A stretch of DNA of 64,000 nt, taken from an uncultured bacterium. Lineage in GTDB: Bacteria > Actinomycetota > Actinomycetes > S36-B12 > CAIKAW01. How positions within the stretch are numbered: the stretch's first letter is position 1; each line of letters begins with the position of its first letter. A program made the position numbers and the translations under genes. The notes below the pieces were generated by a model. That model had not been told where the DNA came from, did not search any database, and saw only the letters and a list, made by a program, of their open reading frames with translations. Below, piece by piece: positions 40,882-50,460 of this stretch. Location: the NCBI GenBank assembly GCA_903825575.1, contig CAIKAW010000081.1, forward strand, positions 25,793-89,792, read 5' to 3'.

Positions 40882-41504
40882 CTGTCGCGAGCACCAAGTT
40901 TCTGTTTATCAGGCACGGAGAAAGCACCGGCAATGCCACTAACATCTGGACCTCGGCGCCGCATGTTCATCCGCTCACTGAACTTGGACATGAGCAAGCG
41001 ACTGCTGTCGGTCAACGACTGAAGGATGCCGGCGTTCAGGCGCTGTACTCAAGCCAGTTACTGCGGGCGCGTGAGACGGCAGCCGATATTGGTGTGCAGA
41101 TCGGGCTCGACGCGACTGCAATCGATGGAGTGCAGGAACTCCACGTTGGAGTCCACGAAGGCGCACATGATGATGAGGTCGGCCCGATCGCTGAAGAAGT
41201 GTTCACCGCTTGGCTTGGTGCTGGTGACCTTAGTGGCGGATTCGCAGGCGGCGAGACAGGGCAAGAGATTGTCACTCGTTTCCTCTCAGCGGTCCAGATA
41301 TTGGCCCAGTCTCACAAAGGCGAAACCATCGCGGTGGTGTCGCACGGCGGCGTACTGGCGTTGGGGCTCAGCACGCTATGCCCAAACCTGCCGGCATTGA
41401 CCGTTGCCACGCACCTGCTTGCCAACTGTGATGTCGTTGAGGTCATTCAAGACAGTTCAGAGCATTGGCGTTGTGTTTCTTGGGCAGGTCGGATTACCGA
41501 CTAG
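40878..41504 (+). CDS. histidine phosphatase family protein (phosphoglycerate mutase-like)
   Basis: It has the RHG motif (FIRHGESTGN) and a second His region (VSHGGVL). A GTGA overlap links it to the mutase gene. Confidence 0.8.
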   Translation: MTVASTKFLFIRHGESTGNATNIWTSAPHVHPLTELGHEQATAVGQRLKDAGVQALYSSQLLRARETAADIGVQIGLDATAIDGVQELHVGVHEGAHDDEVGPIAEEVFTAWLGAGDLSGGFAGGETGQEIVTRFLSAVQILAQSHKGETIAVVSHGGVLALGLSTLCPNLPALTVATHLLANCDVVEVIQDSSEHWRCVSWAGRITD

Positions 41505-42349
41505 GACTCGCCCCGGCGATTCCACCTGAATAACGTCAGGCTCAACAGCAGGCCACCCAACACCCAGGCACCGAGCACCAGTGCGCAACGACCAAGTTCG
41601 AAGGAGCCGGTCGTTTCTAGCGCAGACGCTTGGGCCGGCAGGAAGACTCCGCGCATCGCTTGGGTAAGCCACTTGAGCGGGAAGAGCGCCGAGAATTGCT
41701 GCATCCAGGCGGGCAATTGGCTGTACTGAAAGAACACGCCAGAGGTGAATTGGAGCACCAAAATGAGTGGGGTGACGACAGCTGGAGCGCCCTTGCCTGT
41801 CTTAGGAATAACCGAAAACGCGATTCCAAGCAACGTGCATCCGGTTAGGCCCAAGACGCTTGCCCAAGCGAACGTCAGCCACTGACTTCCACCCGGCAGG
41901 CTGATCTTGAAAAACAATTTCCCGACGAGGATTAATAGCGCAACCTGAGCGACGTATGCGACGAATACCATCCCGATCTTGCCGATGAAGTACGCCAACT
42001 TCGGCATCGGAGTACCTTGCAACCGCTTCAAGGTGCCGTCATCGCGTTCCATTGGAATGGCGATCGCGAGGTTCTGGAAGCTCGTATAGAGAATTCCCGA
42101 TGCAATCATCCCGGCAACGAAGTACTGCGCAAATGTAATTTGGGTCGGTGGAAGTTTCTGGTTACCGAATACCGAACCAAAGATGATCATCAACATCATT
42201 GGTAGGGCAAAATTGAACACCGCTGACTGCCGATCCCGGAAGAATTGTTTAAGTTCGATGCCGATTCGGCGGCCTCCGAGCTTTAGCGCACCCACTAGCC
42301 CGACGTGCACCGCAGTGTGCTGCTGTGTCGATGAAGTAGCCGTGGTCAT
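41501..42349 (-). CDS. ABC-2 type transporter permease
   Basis: 282 aa with six hydrophobic segments, overlapping the upstream ATPase gene by 4 nt. This is the typical ABC-2 exporter arrangement. Confidence 0.8.
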   Translation of the reverse strand: MTTATSSTQQHTAVHVGLVGALKLGGRRIGIELKQFFRDRQSAVFNFALPMMLMIIFGSVFGNQKLPPTQITFAQYFVAGMIASGILYTSFQNLAIAIPMERDDGTLKRLQGTPMPKLAYFIGKIGMVFVAYVAQVALLILVGKLFFKISLPGGSQWLTFAWASVLGLTGCTLLGIAFSVIPKTGKGAPAVVTPLILVLQFTSGVFFQYSQLPAWMQQFSALFPLKWLTQAMRGVFLPAQASALETTGSFELGRCALVLGAWVLGGLLLSLTLFRWNRRGES

Positions 42350-43233
42350 TCCGGGCTCCCGACGTCGTTGACAAGGGATAAGTAGACGTCCTCCAGGCTT
42401 GGCCGACGCACTGCCAATTCAGGAACCTCACCGCCGAACCGGGTAGCCAAATCTGCGATAAACGCCGTTGGGTGTTCGCTGTGCTGCGAACGGGTTTGTC
42501 CGTGTTCCAGCCAACTCACCTCGGCGGTACCGGTTTGCCGGCCACCGACTCGGTCCGGACTGTCGCATGCGATGACCTTGCCTGCGGCAATGATCGCTAC
42601 TCGGTCGGCAAGGACTTGAGCTTCCTCGAGGTAATGGGTCGTGAGCAAGATCGTCGTGTTCTCGGCCTTGAGACGTGCAATGAGGTCCCAGAACTCGCGG
42701 CGCGCTTCTGGGTCAAAGCCGGTCGTTGGTTCGTCAAGAAACAGTAGTTCTGGGCGACCGATGATTCCCAAGCCGACGTCAAGTCGCCGCCGTTGACCGC
42801 CAGAAAGCTTCCCCCCACGCGTATCGCGTTTCTCGGTCAGCCCGATCGCCTCAACAACTTCGTCAACGTCGCGAGGATTTGGGTAGTACGCAGCAAAGTG
42901 ACTCAGGCTTTCGACCACCGTGAGGTCGGTGAGGTCCTGGGTGGATTGCAGGACTATCCCAAGTCGCGACTTCCAGTCGAGATCGCCGTGGGCCGGGTCG
43001 TGACCAAGAACTTCTACTTCGCCGGCGTCGCGTTTTCGGTAGCCCTCAAGGATCTCGACTGTCGTGGTCTTGCCGGCTCCGTTCGGCCCAAGCAGTCCCA
43101 GACATTCGCCGCGGATCACGTCGAGGTCAACCCCGGCAACAGCCTTGGTATCCCCGTAGGACTTGTGCAGTCCACGCACCTTCACGGCTAGAGCGGTGCC
43201 GTCCGGCACCGGCACGATAAGTGAATCCGCCAT
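42346..43233 (-). CDS. ABC transporter ATP-binding protein (DrrA-like exporter ATPase)
   Basis: It has the Walker A motif GPNGAGKTTT, the signature LSGGQRRRL and the Walker B motif LLFLDEPT. Confidence 0.9.
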   Translation of the reverse strand: MADSLIVPVPDGTALAVKVRGLHKSYGDTKAVAGVDLDVIRGECLGLLGPNGAGKTTTVEILEGYRKRDAGEVEVLGHDPAHGDLDWKSRLGIVLQSTQDLTDLTVVESLSHFAAYYPNPRDVDEVVEAIGLTEKRDTRGGKLSGGQRRRLDVGLGIIGRPELLFLDEPTTGFDPEARREFWDLIARLKAENTTILLTTHYLEEAQVLADRVAIIAAGKVIACDSPDRVGGRQTGTAEVSWLEHGQTRSQHSEHPTAFIADLATRFGGEVPELAVRRPSLEDVYLSLVNDVGSPE

Positions 43234-43245
43234 GGTCAGATTCTG

Positions 43246-43920
43246 TCAGAACAGCCGGGCTGACACGTCATCCATGCCGCGCATAGTTTCGTAGTCCAGC
43301 ACTAGGCATCGGATCCCGCGGTCGTTCGCTAGCGCTCGGGCCTGGGGTTTGATCTCCTGGGCGGCGAAAACTCCAGCAACTGGGGCTAGTAGCTCATCTC
43401 TGTTAAGCAGTTCGAGGTACCGGGTCAACTGCTCGACGCCGTCAATGTCACCGCGTCGCTTGATTTCCACCGCCACTGCCAGACCCGCCGCGTCCCGGCA
43501 CATTAAGTCAACGGGACCGATCGGCGTCGGGTACTCGCGCCGCACGAGCCGCCACCCTCGGCCAAGCAGTTCGACTTGTTCAGCCAACAACTCCTGCAGG
43601 TGTGCTTCGACGCCATCCTTGATAAGTCCGGGGTCCTGGCCGAGTTCATGGCTGGAATCGTGGAAAACCTCGACAAAAGTGATGACCAGTCGTTCGCCGG
43701 CCTTGTTCGTGACTTCCCACGTTCCGGTGCCGGCATCATCTACGTCCTCGACGACCGCGCATGGGGGACTCATCCAGTTCAGCGGCTTGTAGGCGCGATC
43801 GTCCGCATGCACGGAAACTGAGCCATCGGCCTTAACCAGAATCAGTCGCGGCGCCAACGGAAGGTGGGCACTTAGACGTCCGGCGTAGTCGACCGAACAG
43901 TGAGCAATGACAAGGCGCAT
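43246..43920 (-). CDS. nucS: endonuclease NucS (EndoMS, non-canonical mismatch repair)
   Basis: [21 protein letters not shown]...[21 protein letters not shown] and the C-terminal nuclease domain ([13 protein letters not shown]) match NucS as remembered. Confidence 0.93.
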   Translation of the reverse strand: MRLVIAHCSVDYAGRLSAHLPLAPRLILVKADGSVSVHADDRAYKPLNWMSPPCAVVEDVDDAGTGTWEVTNKAGERLVITFVEVFHDSSHELGQDPGLIKDGVEAHLQELLAEQVELLGRGWRLVRREYPTPIGPVDLMCRDAAGLAVAVEIKRRGDIDGVEQLTRYLELLNRDELLAPVAGVFAAQEIKPQARALANDRGIRCLVLDYETMRGMDDVSARLF

Positions 43921-43926
43921 CGAGAA

Positions 43927-45396
43927 TTAGCGCCGATGTCGCAGGCGGTCATAGCGAACGACGATGTCGGTGGCTCGCTTTGCCCGCGAGAACGAGGTGA
44001 GGCTGATCGGCGCCTTGAACTGCTGCCGGGTGATTGCCTTGGACCTAGCGAATTCGCGAAGTCCGTCGGCGCCGTGGATGCGGCCAAATCCTGAACTGCC
44101 GACCCCTCCCCAAGACAAGGCAGGGACTCCGGCGTACATAACCCAAGAGTTGATGCTGACCATGCCGACTCGAAGTCGTTCCGCCGCTTCCTGCGCTCGT
44201 CGTTTGCCGAAGACTGATGCGGCCAAACCGAATGGAGTTGAGTTGGCCAACTCGATTGCCTGGTCTAGGTCTCGGACCTTGGTTACCACGATCGTGGGTC
44301 CGAAAGTCTCTTCGGTCGCAGCAATGTTGCCGGGAGGGACATCGGTGAGCAAGATCGGGCCGATTAGGCGATCGCCTACCGATTCGGGTCCGCCCACCAC
44401 TGCTCGTCCGCCATCGGCAAGGGCCGCGTCCACGTGTCGCCTGACAACTTCGACCTGGCTGGGCATCGTCATAGGGCCGTACGAAGCGCCGTCCTGGCTG
44501 CCGGGGGTTAGATTGCGCAAGATGGCGGACAGTTCCGCCACGAACTGGTCGTAGCGCTCGGCCACGACGAACACCCGCTCAACCGCCGTGCAACTTTGAC
44601 CTGCGTTTGAGACCCCGCCAAATGCTGCCGCATCCGCCGCAGCGGACACATCGGCGTCCACATCGACGATGAGCGCGTCCTTGCCTCCGAGCTCGAGGAC
44701 CACCGGCGTAAGCGACTCGGCGCAAGTTGCCATCACCCGAGCCCCTGTCGTCGTCGAGCCGGTAAAGGACACCTTGTCGACCCCCGATCGGCAAAGCGCT
44801 GCACCAGTACCTCCACGCCCCGAGACCTGCTGCAGTACCGGATGCTCGGGCACGACTCGGGCGAAAGATTCGACTAGCCAGGCGCCGGTCGCAGTTGTGA
44901 ATTCACTCGGCTTAAACACAACGGCATTCCCTGCGGCAAGCGCGTAGGCGATCGAACCCATTGGAGTGAATACCGGGTAGTTCCACGGGCCGATAACACC
45001 GACGACGCCGAACGGTTCGTAGCGGAGGCTGGCCGACTGATTGGCCGTGAGAATGGTGCGCGAAACCCGGCGCTTTCCTAGAACTCGCGAAGCATTGCGG
45101 CCGGCCCAAGCAAGATGATCAAGAGTAAGAGCAACCTCGAGGACTGCGTCCGGCAACGGCTTGCCAGTTTCCAACGCAATCAGTTGCGCCAATTCGATCT
45201 CGTGAGCTGCGATGTCAGCCGCCCACCGGCGCAGGCGCCGCGATCGTTCCCTAAAGCCCAACCCAGCCCACCATCGACCGGCTCCACGGGCATGAGCCAC
45301 GACTTCCTCGACAGCGTCCACCCCCAGGACGGGGAAAGAGCCGACCAATCCCCCGGTGGTTGGCGAATGAATGTCGAAAGTCTCGGTTACCGTCAT
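43927..45396 (-). CDS. NAD(P)-dependent aldehyde dehydrogenase
   Basis: It has FTGSTTTG, ELGGKDA and the catalytic Cys region NAGQSCTAVERV. The start was trimmed to ATG 45396, because the ORF extension to 45588 is Pro/Arg-rich and overlaps the divergent gene. Confidence 0.88.
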   Translation of the reverse strand: MTVTETFDIHSPTTGGLVGSFPVLGVDAVEEVVAHARGAGRWWAGLGFRERSRRLRRWAADIAAHEIELAQLIALETGKPLPDAVLEVALTLDHLAWAGRNASRVLGKRRVSRTILTANQSASLRYEPFGVVGVIGPWNYPVFTPMGSIAYALAAGNAVVFKPSEFTTATGAWLVESFARVVPEHPVLQQVSGRGGTGAALCRSGVDKVSFTGSTTTGARVMATCAESLTPVVLELGGKDALIVDVDADVSAAADAAAFGGVSNAGQSCTAVERVFVVAERYDQFVAELSAILRNLTPGSQDGASYGPMTMPSQVEVVRRHVDAALADGGRAVVGGPESVGDRLIGPILLTDVPPGNIAATEETFGPTIVVTKVRDLDQAIELANSTPFGLAASVFGKRRAQEAAERLRVGMVSINSWVMYAGVPALSWGGVGSSGFGRIHGADGLREFARSKAITRQQFKAPISLTSFSRAKRATDIVVRYDRLRHRR

Positions 45397-45529
45397 GTCC
45401 GCTCTCCGGTTCCGGTGGCCGCGGCTGGGCGGCCGAGGGTGGTTCCGAGTGTATGACCGCCGAGTGGGAGACTGCCCACGACCGTCCGCGGAGGGCGTGC
45501 CCCAATCGAACGGGATCGCAGGGAGCCAA

Positions 45530-47311
45530 ATGGAAGGCAAGGTCAGCAAGGTCGGGGTCGTCGGCCTCGGGACGATGGGGGCCGGCATTGCCGAGGTTTT
45601 TGCTCGCGCTGGCTATGACGTGCTCGGTGTCGACGAATCAGAGGGTGCTGTCGAGCGCGGCCGGGCTCACGTTGACGGGTCGACAAATCGCGCTGTCAGC
45701 CGGGGCAAGCTCACCGACGTTGAGCGGGCCGGCATCTTGGCAAACATCAAGTACTCGACGTCGCTAGATGACCTAGCTGATCGCGATCTGGTGATTGAGG
45801 CGGTTCCCGAGCAACTCGAACTCAAGCGCCGGATCATGGCGCACCTAGATGGCATCCTCGCCCCACACGCCATCTTGGCAAGTAATACGTCGTCTTTGTC
45901 GGTCACTCAGATCTCCGTCGCCACTTCGCGTCCTGCACGTGTGGTGGGTATGCACTTCTTCAACCCGGCCCCGGTCTTGCGGTTCGTTGAAATTGTGCAA
46001 ACGGTCGTGTCTGACCCAGAAGTTGTGGCCACGGTACGTGGAGTTGCAGAAAGCTTGGGTAAGGAGCCGGTGGTTGTAGGTGACAAGGCCGGGTTTATCG
46101 CGAACGCTCTCCTTTTTGGCTACCTAAATCACGCAATCTCGATGTACGAGAACCGTTATGCCACCCGAGAGGACATCGACGCAGCCATGCGGTTGGGCTG
46201 CGGCCTGCCCATGGGGCCGCTCGCGCTACTCGACTTGATCGGGCTCGACACGGCATACGAGGTGCTAGACACGATGTACCGCGAGGGCCGAGACCGACTT
46301 CATGCACCCAGCCCGATACTTAAGCAGTTGGTCACGGCAGGTCTACGCGGGCGCAAGAGCGGACGAGGCTTCTACTCCTATGAGCAGCCCAACTCCCCAG
46401 TAGTCATCCCGGATGCGGCAACTCCGATCAACGATGCGAGCAGTGGTCCAATCCCGCGGTCGATCCAGTCGGTCGGAATTGTTGGTTCAGGCACCATGGC
46501 AACAGGGATGATCGAGGTATTCGCCCGCGCTGGATTCGACACTATCTTTGTCGCGCGTTCGCCCGAGAAGGTCGCAAAGGTTCTCGCGAATCTACAGAAG
46601 TCACTCGATAAGGGCGTCGCTCGCGGCAAGTTAACGCAAGATGAGCGAGCTGAAGCGCTGACGCACGTGACCGGTACGTCGACTTTGGACGATCTGTCTC
46701 GCGTGGACTTAGTGATTGAGGCAGTTGTCGAGGAACTAGGTGTCAAGACCGCGCTTTTCGCCGCGCTCGATGAGATCTGTCGTAGCGGAGCGGTGATCGC
46801 CACGACTACGTCGAGCCTGCCGGTTGTCGAATTGGCAGCGGCGACTTCGCGTCCACAGGATGTCGTTGGGCTGCACTTCTTCAATCCGGCCGCCGTGATG
46901 CGTTTGGTTGAGGTCGTACACACCGTGGCGACATCAGATGACGTGATCGTGACGGCCATTGATGTTTGCCAGCGGCTTGGAAAGCACCCAGTCCAGTGTG
47001 CCGACCGGGCTGGCTTCATTGTGAATGCATTGTTGTTCCCGTACCTGAATGACGCGGTGAAGATGCTCGAGGCGAACTACGCCAGTGCCGACGACATCGA
47101 CACCGCGATGAAGACTGGCTGTGGGTACCCGATGGGTCCATTCGAACTTTTGGATGTTGTCGGACTTGATGTCTCACATGCGATTCAGCGGACGCTGTAC
47201 CTAGAATTCCGCGAGCGCGGCTTCGCCCCGGCACCTTTACTTGAGCACCTCGTTACGGCTGGGTACCTCGGACGTAAGACCGGGCGTGGCTTTCGAACGT
47301 ATGCGGTGTGA
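45530..47311 (+). CDS. tandem-duplicated 3-hydroxyacyl/3-hydroxybutyryl-CoA dehydrogenase (two complete HBD modules)
   Basis: It has two Rossmann starts (VGVVGLGTMGAGIAEVFA and VGIVGSGTMATGMIEVFA). Each is followed by NTSSL/TTSSL, HFFNPA and a C-terminal dimerisation domain. The start is at ATG 45530, after GGGAG. Confidence 0.85.
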   Translation: MEGKVSKVGVVGLGTMGAGIAEVFARAGYDVLGVDESEGAVERGRAHVDGSTNRAVSRGKLTDVERAGILANIKYSTSLDDLADRDLVIEAVPEQLELKRRIMAHLDGILAPHAILASNTSSLSVTQISVATSRPARVVGMHFFNPAPVLRFVEIVQTVVSDPEVVATVRGVAESLGKEPVVVGDKAGFIANALLFGYLNHAISMYENRYATREDIDAAMRLGCGLPMGPLALLDLIGLDTAYEVLDTMYREGRDRLHAPSPILKQLVTAGLRGRKSGRGFYSYEQPNSPVVIPDAATPINDASSGPIPRSIQSVGIVGSGTMATGMIEVFARAGFDTIFVARSPEKVAKVLANLQKSLDKGVARGKLTQDERAEALTHVTGTSTLDDLSRVDLVIEAVVEELGVKTALFAALDEICRSGAVIATTTSSLPVVELAAATSRPQDVVGLHFFNPAAVMRLVEVVHTVATSDDVIVTAIDVCQRLGKHPVQCADRAGFIVNALLFPYLNDAVKMLEANYASADDIDTAMKTGCGYPMGPFELLDVVGLDVSHAIQRTLYLEFRERGFAPAPLLEHLVTAGYLGRKTGRGFRTYAV

Positions 47312-47314
47312 GCG

Positions 47315-47620
47315 TTGGCCCGCCGAAACCGCCGTCGCGATGATGCGCCCCTCGAACTGCGAGTCGGAGCGCGGCAAGAGGTTGAGGAACACTCCGACGG
47401 CGACTGGGTAGTTCGCCGCATCACCGGATCTTCGTCCGTGAAGACCTATCGCTGCCCAGGCTGTGACCAAGAAATCCGTCCGGCCACCCCGCACGTTGTC
47501 GCTTGGCCGGCCGATATGGCTGCCGGCGAGGAAGATCGTCGTCACTGGCACTCGGCCTGCTGGACAGCGCGTGAACGCCGCGCTCCGCGCGGCCCACGTG
47601 GCGCCGGACCTAGGTACTAG
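47315..47620 (+). CDS. hypothetical small basic protein with possible zinc-ribbon (CPGC ... HSAC)
   Basis: 101-aa ORF tightly following hbd (3-nt gap). Its composition looks coding-like. No function was recognised. Confidence 0.5.
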   Translation: MARRNRRRDDAPLELRVGARQEVEEHSDGDWVVRRITGSSSVKTYRCPGCDQEIRPATPHVVAWPADMAAGEEDRRHWHSACWTARERRAPRGPRGAGPRY

Positions 47621-47629
47621 CGTCCCTGC

Positions 47630-48370
47630 ATGAATAGGATTCGGGCCAATTCCGTGCTGCCCGCTGAACGTCGACCAATCACGCTGCAGACTTCCGATGG
47701 ACTGCAACTGGTTGGGGAACTGGCCAGTCCGATTGGACGGCCCCCGACCGCCACATTGATCTGTGTGCATCCGCTCCCGACGCATGGCGGAATGATGGAC
47801 AGCCATGTGCTTCGCAAAGCGGCTTGGCGATTACCAGCACTAGCCGGCGTTGCAATCCTGCGCTTCAACACACGCGGCACGGCCAGTGCTGCTGGCACGA
47901 GTCAAGGTCGCTTCGACGGTGGAACGGCCGAGGGCCTCGACTTGGCGGCTGCAATTGCATTCACGCTTGCACTTGGATTGCCAGACCCTTGGCTACTCGG
48001 TTGGTCATTCGGCACTGACGTCGTCATTCGCCACGGCGATGTAGACCCGGTACAAGGCGCGATTCTCCTGTCGCCCCCGTTGCACTACTCGCAGCCCGAG
48101 GACCTCTTGCACTGGGCTGTTTCCGGCCGGGCGCTGGTAGCCGTCGTACCGGAGTTCGACGACTACCTGCGGCCCGAAGCAGCACGGGAAAGGTTTGCCG
48201 TCGTGCCGCAGGCGCAAGTGATTGCAGTGCCAGGCGCCAAACACCTGTGGGTCGGCGAGCCATTGGTGCGTATTGTGCTGGATGAAACAGTTCACTGGCT
48301 GGCACCGGAGATAGGGCCGCTGCCGACGACGTGGAACGGCGAAATGAGCTCGTGGAATGACTTGGCGTGA
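47630..48370 (+). CDS. alpha/beta hydrolase fold protein
   Basis: 246 aa. It has a nucleophile elbow GWSFG and an HPLPTHGG oxyanion-like region. Confidence 0.7.
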   Translation: MNRIRANSVLPAERRPITLQTSDGLQLVGELASPIGRPPTATLICVHPLPTHGGMMDSHVLRKAAWRLPALAGVAILRFNTRGTASAAGTSQGRFDGGTAEGLDLAAAIAFTLALGLPDPWLLGWSFGTDVVIRHGDVDPVQGAILLSPPLHYSQPEDLLHWAVSGRALVAVVPEFDDYLRPEAARERFAVVPQAQVIAVPGAKHLWVGEPLVRIVLDETVHWLAPEIGPLPTTWNGEMSSWNDLA

Positions 48371-48395
48371 CCCTCACTAGCGAACGGAGAGCCAC

Positions 48396-49157
48396 ATGAG
48401 TTTCGACTTGACCGGGCGACGAGCAATCGTGACTGGTGCGTCGCGTGGAATCGGCCGAGCCATCGCAATTGCGTTCGCAGCCGCAGGCGCCGACGTGGCA
48501 CTTCTCGCACGCGATGGCGAGACGTTGGCAGAGGTGAGTGCCCGAGTATCTGAATTTGGACGCTTAGCTGTCGTCCTACCGACCGACGTCTTAGACGCGG
48601 AGGCCACCCGCGCCTCCGTTGCTGCCGCCATCGACGCGCTTGGTGGGCTTGACATCGTGGTGAATAACGCCGGCGGCAACTCCTTTATGTGGCCAGCCGT
48701 GAGCATGCGTCCGGCAGGGTGGGAGCGCACCCTGCACCTGAACTTGGATTCGGTATTTACGGTTTGCCAGGCTGCCGGACCTCATTTATTGGCCCAGGGA
48801 AGCGGCTCCGTGATCAACGTCGCGTCGGTTGCCGGGCACGGCGCCGTACCTGGGATGGCTCACTATGCGGCAGCAAAGGCAGCAGTTCTTTCGCTGACCA
48901 GAACCTTGGCCTTTGAGTGGGCGGAGAGCGGAGTGCGCGTTAACGCTTTAACCCCAGGCTGGATTGAGACCGATCTGACTGACTTCCTGCGGACCTCTGG
49001 TGAGACGGAAGCTGGCGTGCTCGCTGGTGTACCCATGCATCGCTGGGGGCAACCTCACGAGTTAGCCCAACCCGCGGTCTTCTTAGCATCAGATGCATCA
49101 TCATTCATGACCGGTCAGGAATTGGTGATCGACGGTGGCCTGCTGGTCGCTCCGTGA
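48396..49157 (+). CDS. SDR family oxidoreductase (FabG-like)
   Basis: It has TGASRGIGRAIA, NNAG and YAAAKAA motifs. Confidence 0.85.
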   Translation: MSFDLTGRRAIVTGASRGIGRAIAIAFAAAGADVALLARDGETLAEVSARVSEFGRLAVVLPTDVLDAEATRASVAAAIDALGGLDIVVNNAGGNSFMWPAVSMRPAGWERTLHLNLDSVFTVCQAAGPHLLAQGSGSVINVASVAGHGAVPGMAHYAAAKAAVLSLTRTLAFEWAESGVRVNALTPGWIETDLTDFLRTSGETEAGVLAGVPMHRWGQPHELAQPAVFLASDASSFMTGQELVIDGGLLVAP

Positions 49158-49942
49158 GTTCGATTGACCGGCCCGCGCTCATTTTGCTGCATGCCTTTCC
49201 GCTGGATCATCGGGTCTGGGACGACGTCATTGGGTGCCTGCGCGAATCACCGCGGTGGATCGAACGGGTAGTGCTAACTCCGGACTTTCGAGGTTTCGGT
49301 GCGACACCCTTGGCCGACTCCAACGACGCAACGATACCCGCGCCGAGTCTGGACGTGCTTGCCGACGACGTCCTCACTGGCCTCGACGCTGCAGGGATCG
49401 AACGAGCGGTAGTCGCTGGTGTCTCGCTCGGGGGATACGTTGCGATGGCCCTTCTCCGGCGGGCACCTGAGCGAATCGTCGGACTCGGACTGGTGGACAC
49501 CAAGCCGGGACCTGACGGCGTCGACGCGCGGGCGAATCGCCTGCGGATTGCGGACGACATGAAAGCTGGCGGTAACGTCGCGGCGCTAGCCCGTGCCATG
49601 CTCCCGGGCCTTCTTGGTCCGACAACACTTACCGAATCCCCAGAGCTGGTAGAGCGAGTACGCGACTGGATTCACGGGGCAGATCCGTTAGCGATCGCGT
49701 GGGTGCAACGAGCAATGGCCCAACGTCCCGACTCAATTCAGGAGCTACGCGACTTCACTGGGCCGGCGACAATTGTGTGGGGCGAAGACGACGCGCTAGC
49801 GGGCTGGCTCGAACAGGACGCGATGGCTCAGGCATTGCAGGTTCCGGTTAGACGCATCGAAGCAGTTGGGCATCTGACACCGGTGGAGGCACCCGTAGAA
49901 GTCGCCGCAGCAATTCATATGCTTCTCGACGTTGCAACCTAG
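49154..49942 (+). CDS. alpha/beta hydrolase
   Basis: It has a nucleophile elbow GVSLGG and a C-terminal His (AVGHLTPVE). A GTGA overlap links it to the SDR gene. Confidence 0.8.
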   Translation: MSSIDRPALILLHAFPLDHRVWDDVIGCLRESPRWIERVVLTPDFRGFGATPLADSNDATIPAPSLDVLADDVLTGLDAAGIERAVVAGVSLGGYVAMALLRRAPERIVGLGLVDTKPGPDGVDARANRLRIADDMKAGGNVAALARAMLPGLLGPTTLTESPELVERVRDWIHGADPLAIAWVQRAMAQRPDSIQELRDFTGPATIVWGEDDALAGWLEQDAMAQALQVPVRRIEAVGHLTPVEAPVEVAAAIHMLLDVAT

Positions 49943-49956
49943 CCCCAGGGCGTGGG

Positions 49957-50460
49957 CTAGCGGTCGGGTGGCGGCTGCGTGGTCGCCAATTGGGTAGTGG
50001 CTTGAGCGATCTGCTCGGCAATGAGTTCTACAACAGGAGCCACCGCACTACGCACAGCCTGCGTTAGGCCGGTGCCCGAAGACATATCGGCAACTTCGAC
50101 TCCGAGGATCACCAGACGCGTTGGCATTCGGTCAAGGGCGCGCCCGAATTCGATTGCGTCTTGGACACCCAGGGCGTGGCTACTTCTCCCGGCCGTAGTC
50201 AACTGCAGCCCGGAAGCATCAGACGTCGCCGTAACTTCGAAATGATGAACAGTGCCGGGCGGCTGGGAGCCCGATTCAGCCGCATCCACCAAGATCGCCA
50301 ATTCGCGGTCCTGCCAGCGTTCGACTAGAGCGGCCGGTTCGCCAAGTTCCTCAACCACGTCGATTGCTAAACCCAGCTCGGCGACCGCTTCGATGATGGC
50401 CAACCCAACCCCGTCGTCATGTCGGTACGGGTTTCCGATCCCGATAACAATCGGACGCAT
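49957..50460 (-). CDS. hydrogenase maturation endopeptidase (HyaD/HycI family)
   Basis: It has IVIGIGNPYRHDDGVG and a later His region. The start was trimmed to ATG 50460, which shares one nucleotide with the large-subunit TGA. Confidence 0.85.
   Translation of the reverse strand: MRPIVIGIGNPYRHDDGVGLAIIEAVAELGLAIDVVEELGEPAALVERWQDRELAILVDAAESGSQPPGTVHHFEVTATSDASGLQLTTAGRSSHALGVQDAIEFGRALDRMPTRLVILGVEVADMSSGTGLTQAVRSAVAPVVELIAEQIAQATTQLATTQPPPDR

Noticed and set aside
45371-45588. Long N-terminal extensions making the aldehyde dehydrogenase (to 45588) and the hbd gene (from 45371) overlap by about 220 nt on opposite strands.
   Set aside because: The extensions are Pro/Arg-rich with no homology pattern. 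Internal ATGs at 45396 and 45530 (the latter preceded by GGGAG) give N-termini typical of the families and leave a normal 133-nt divergent promoter region.
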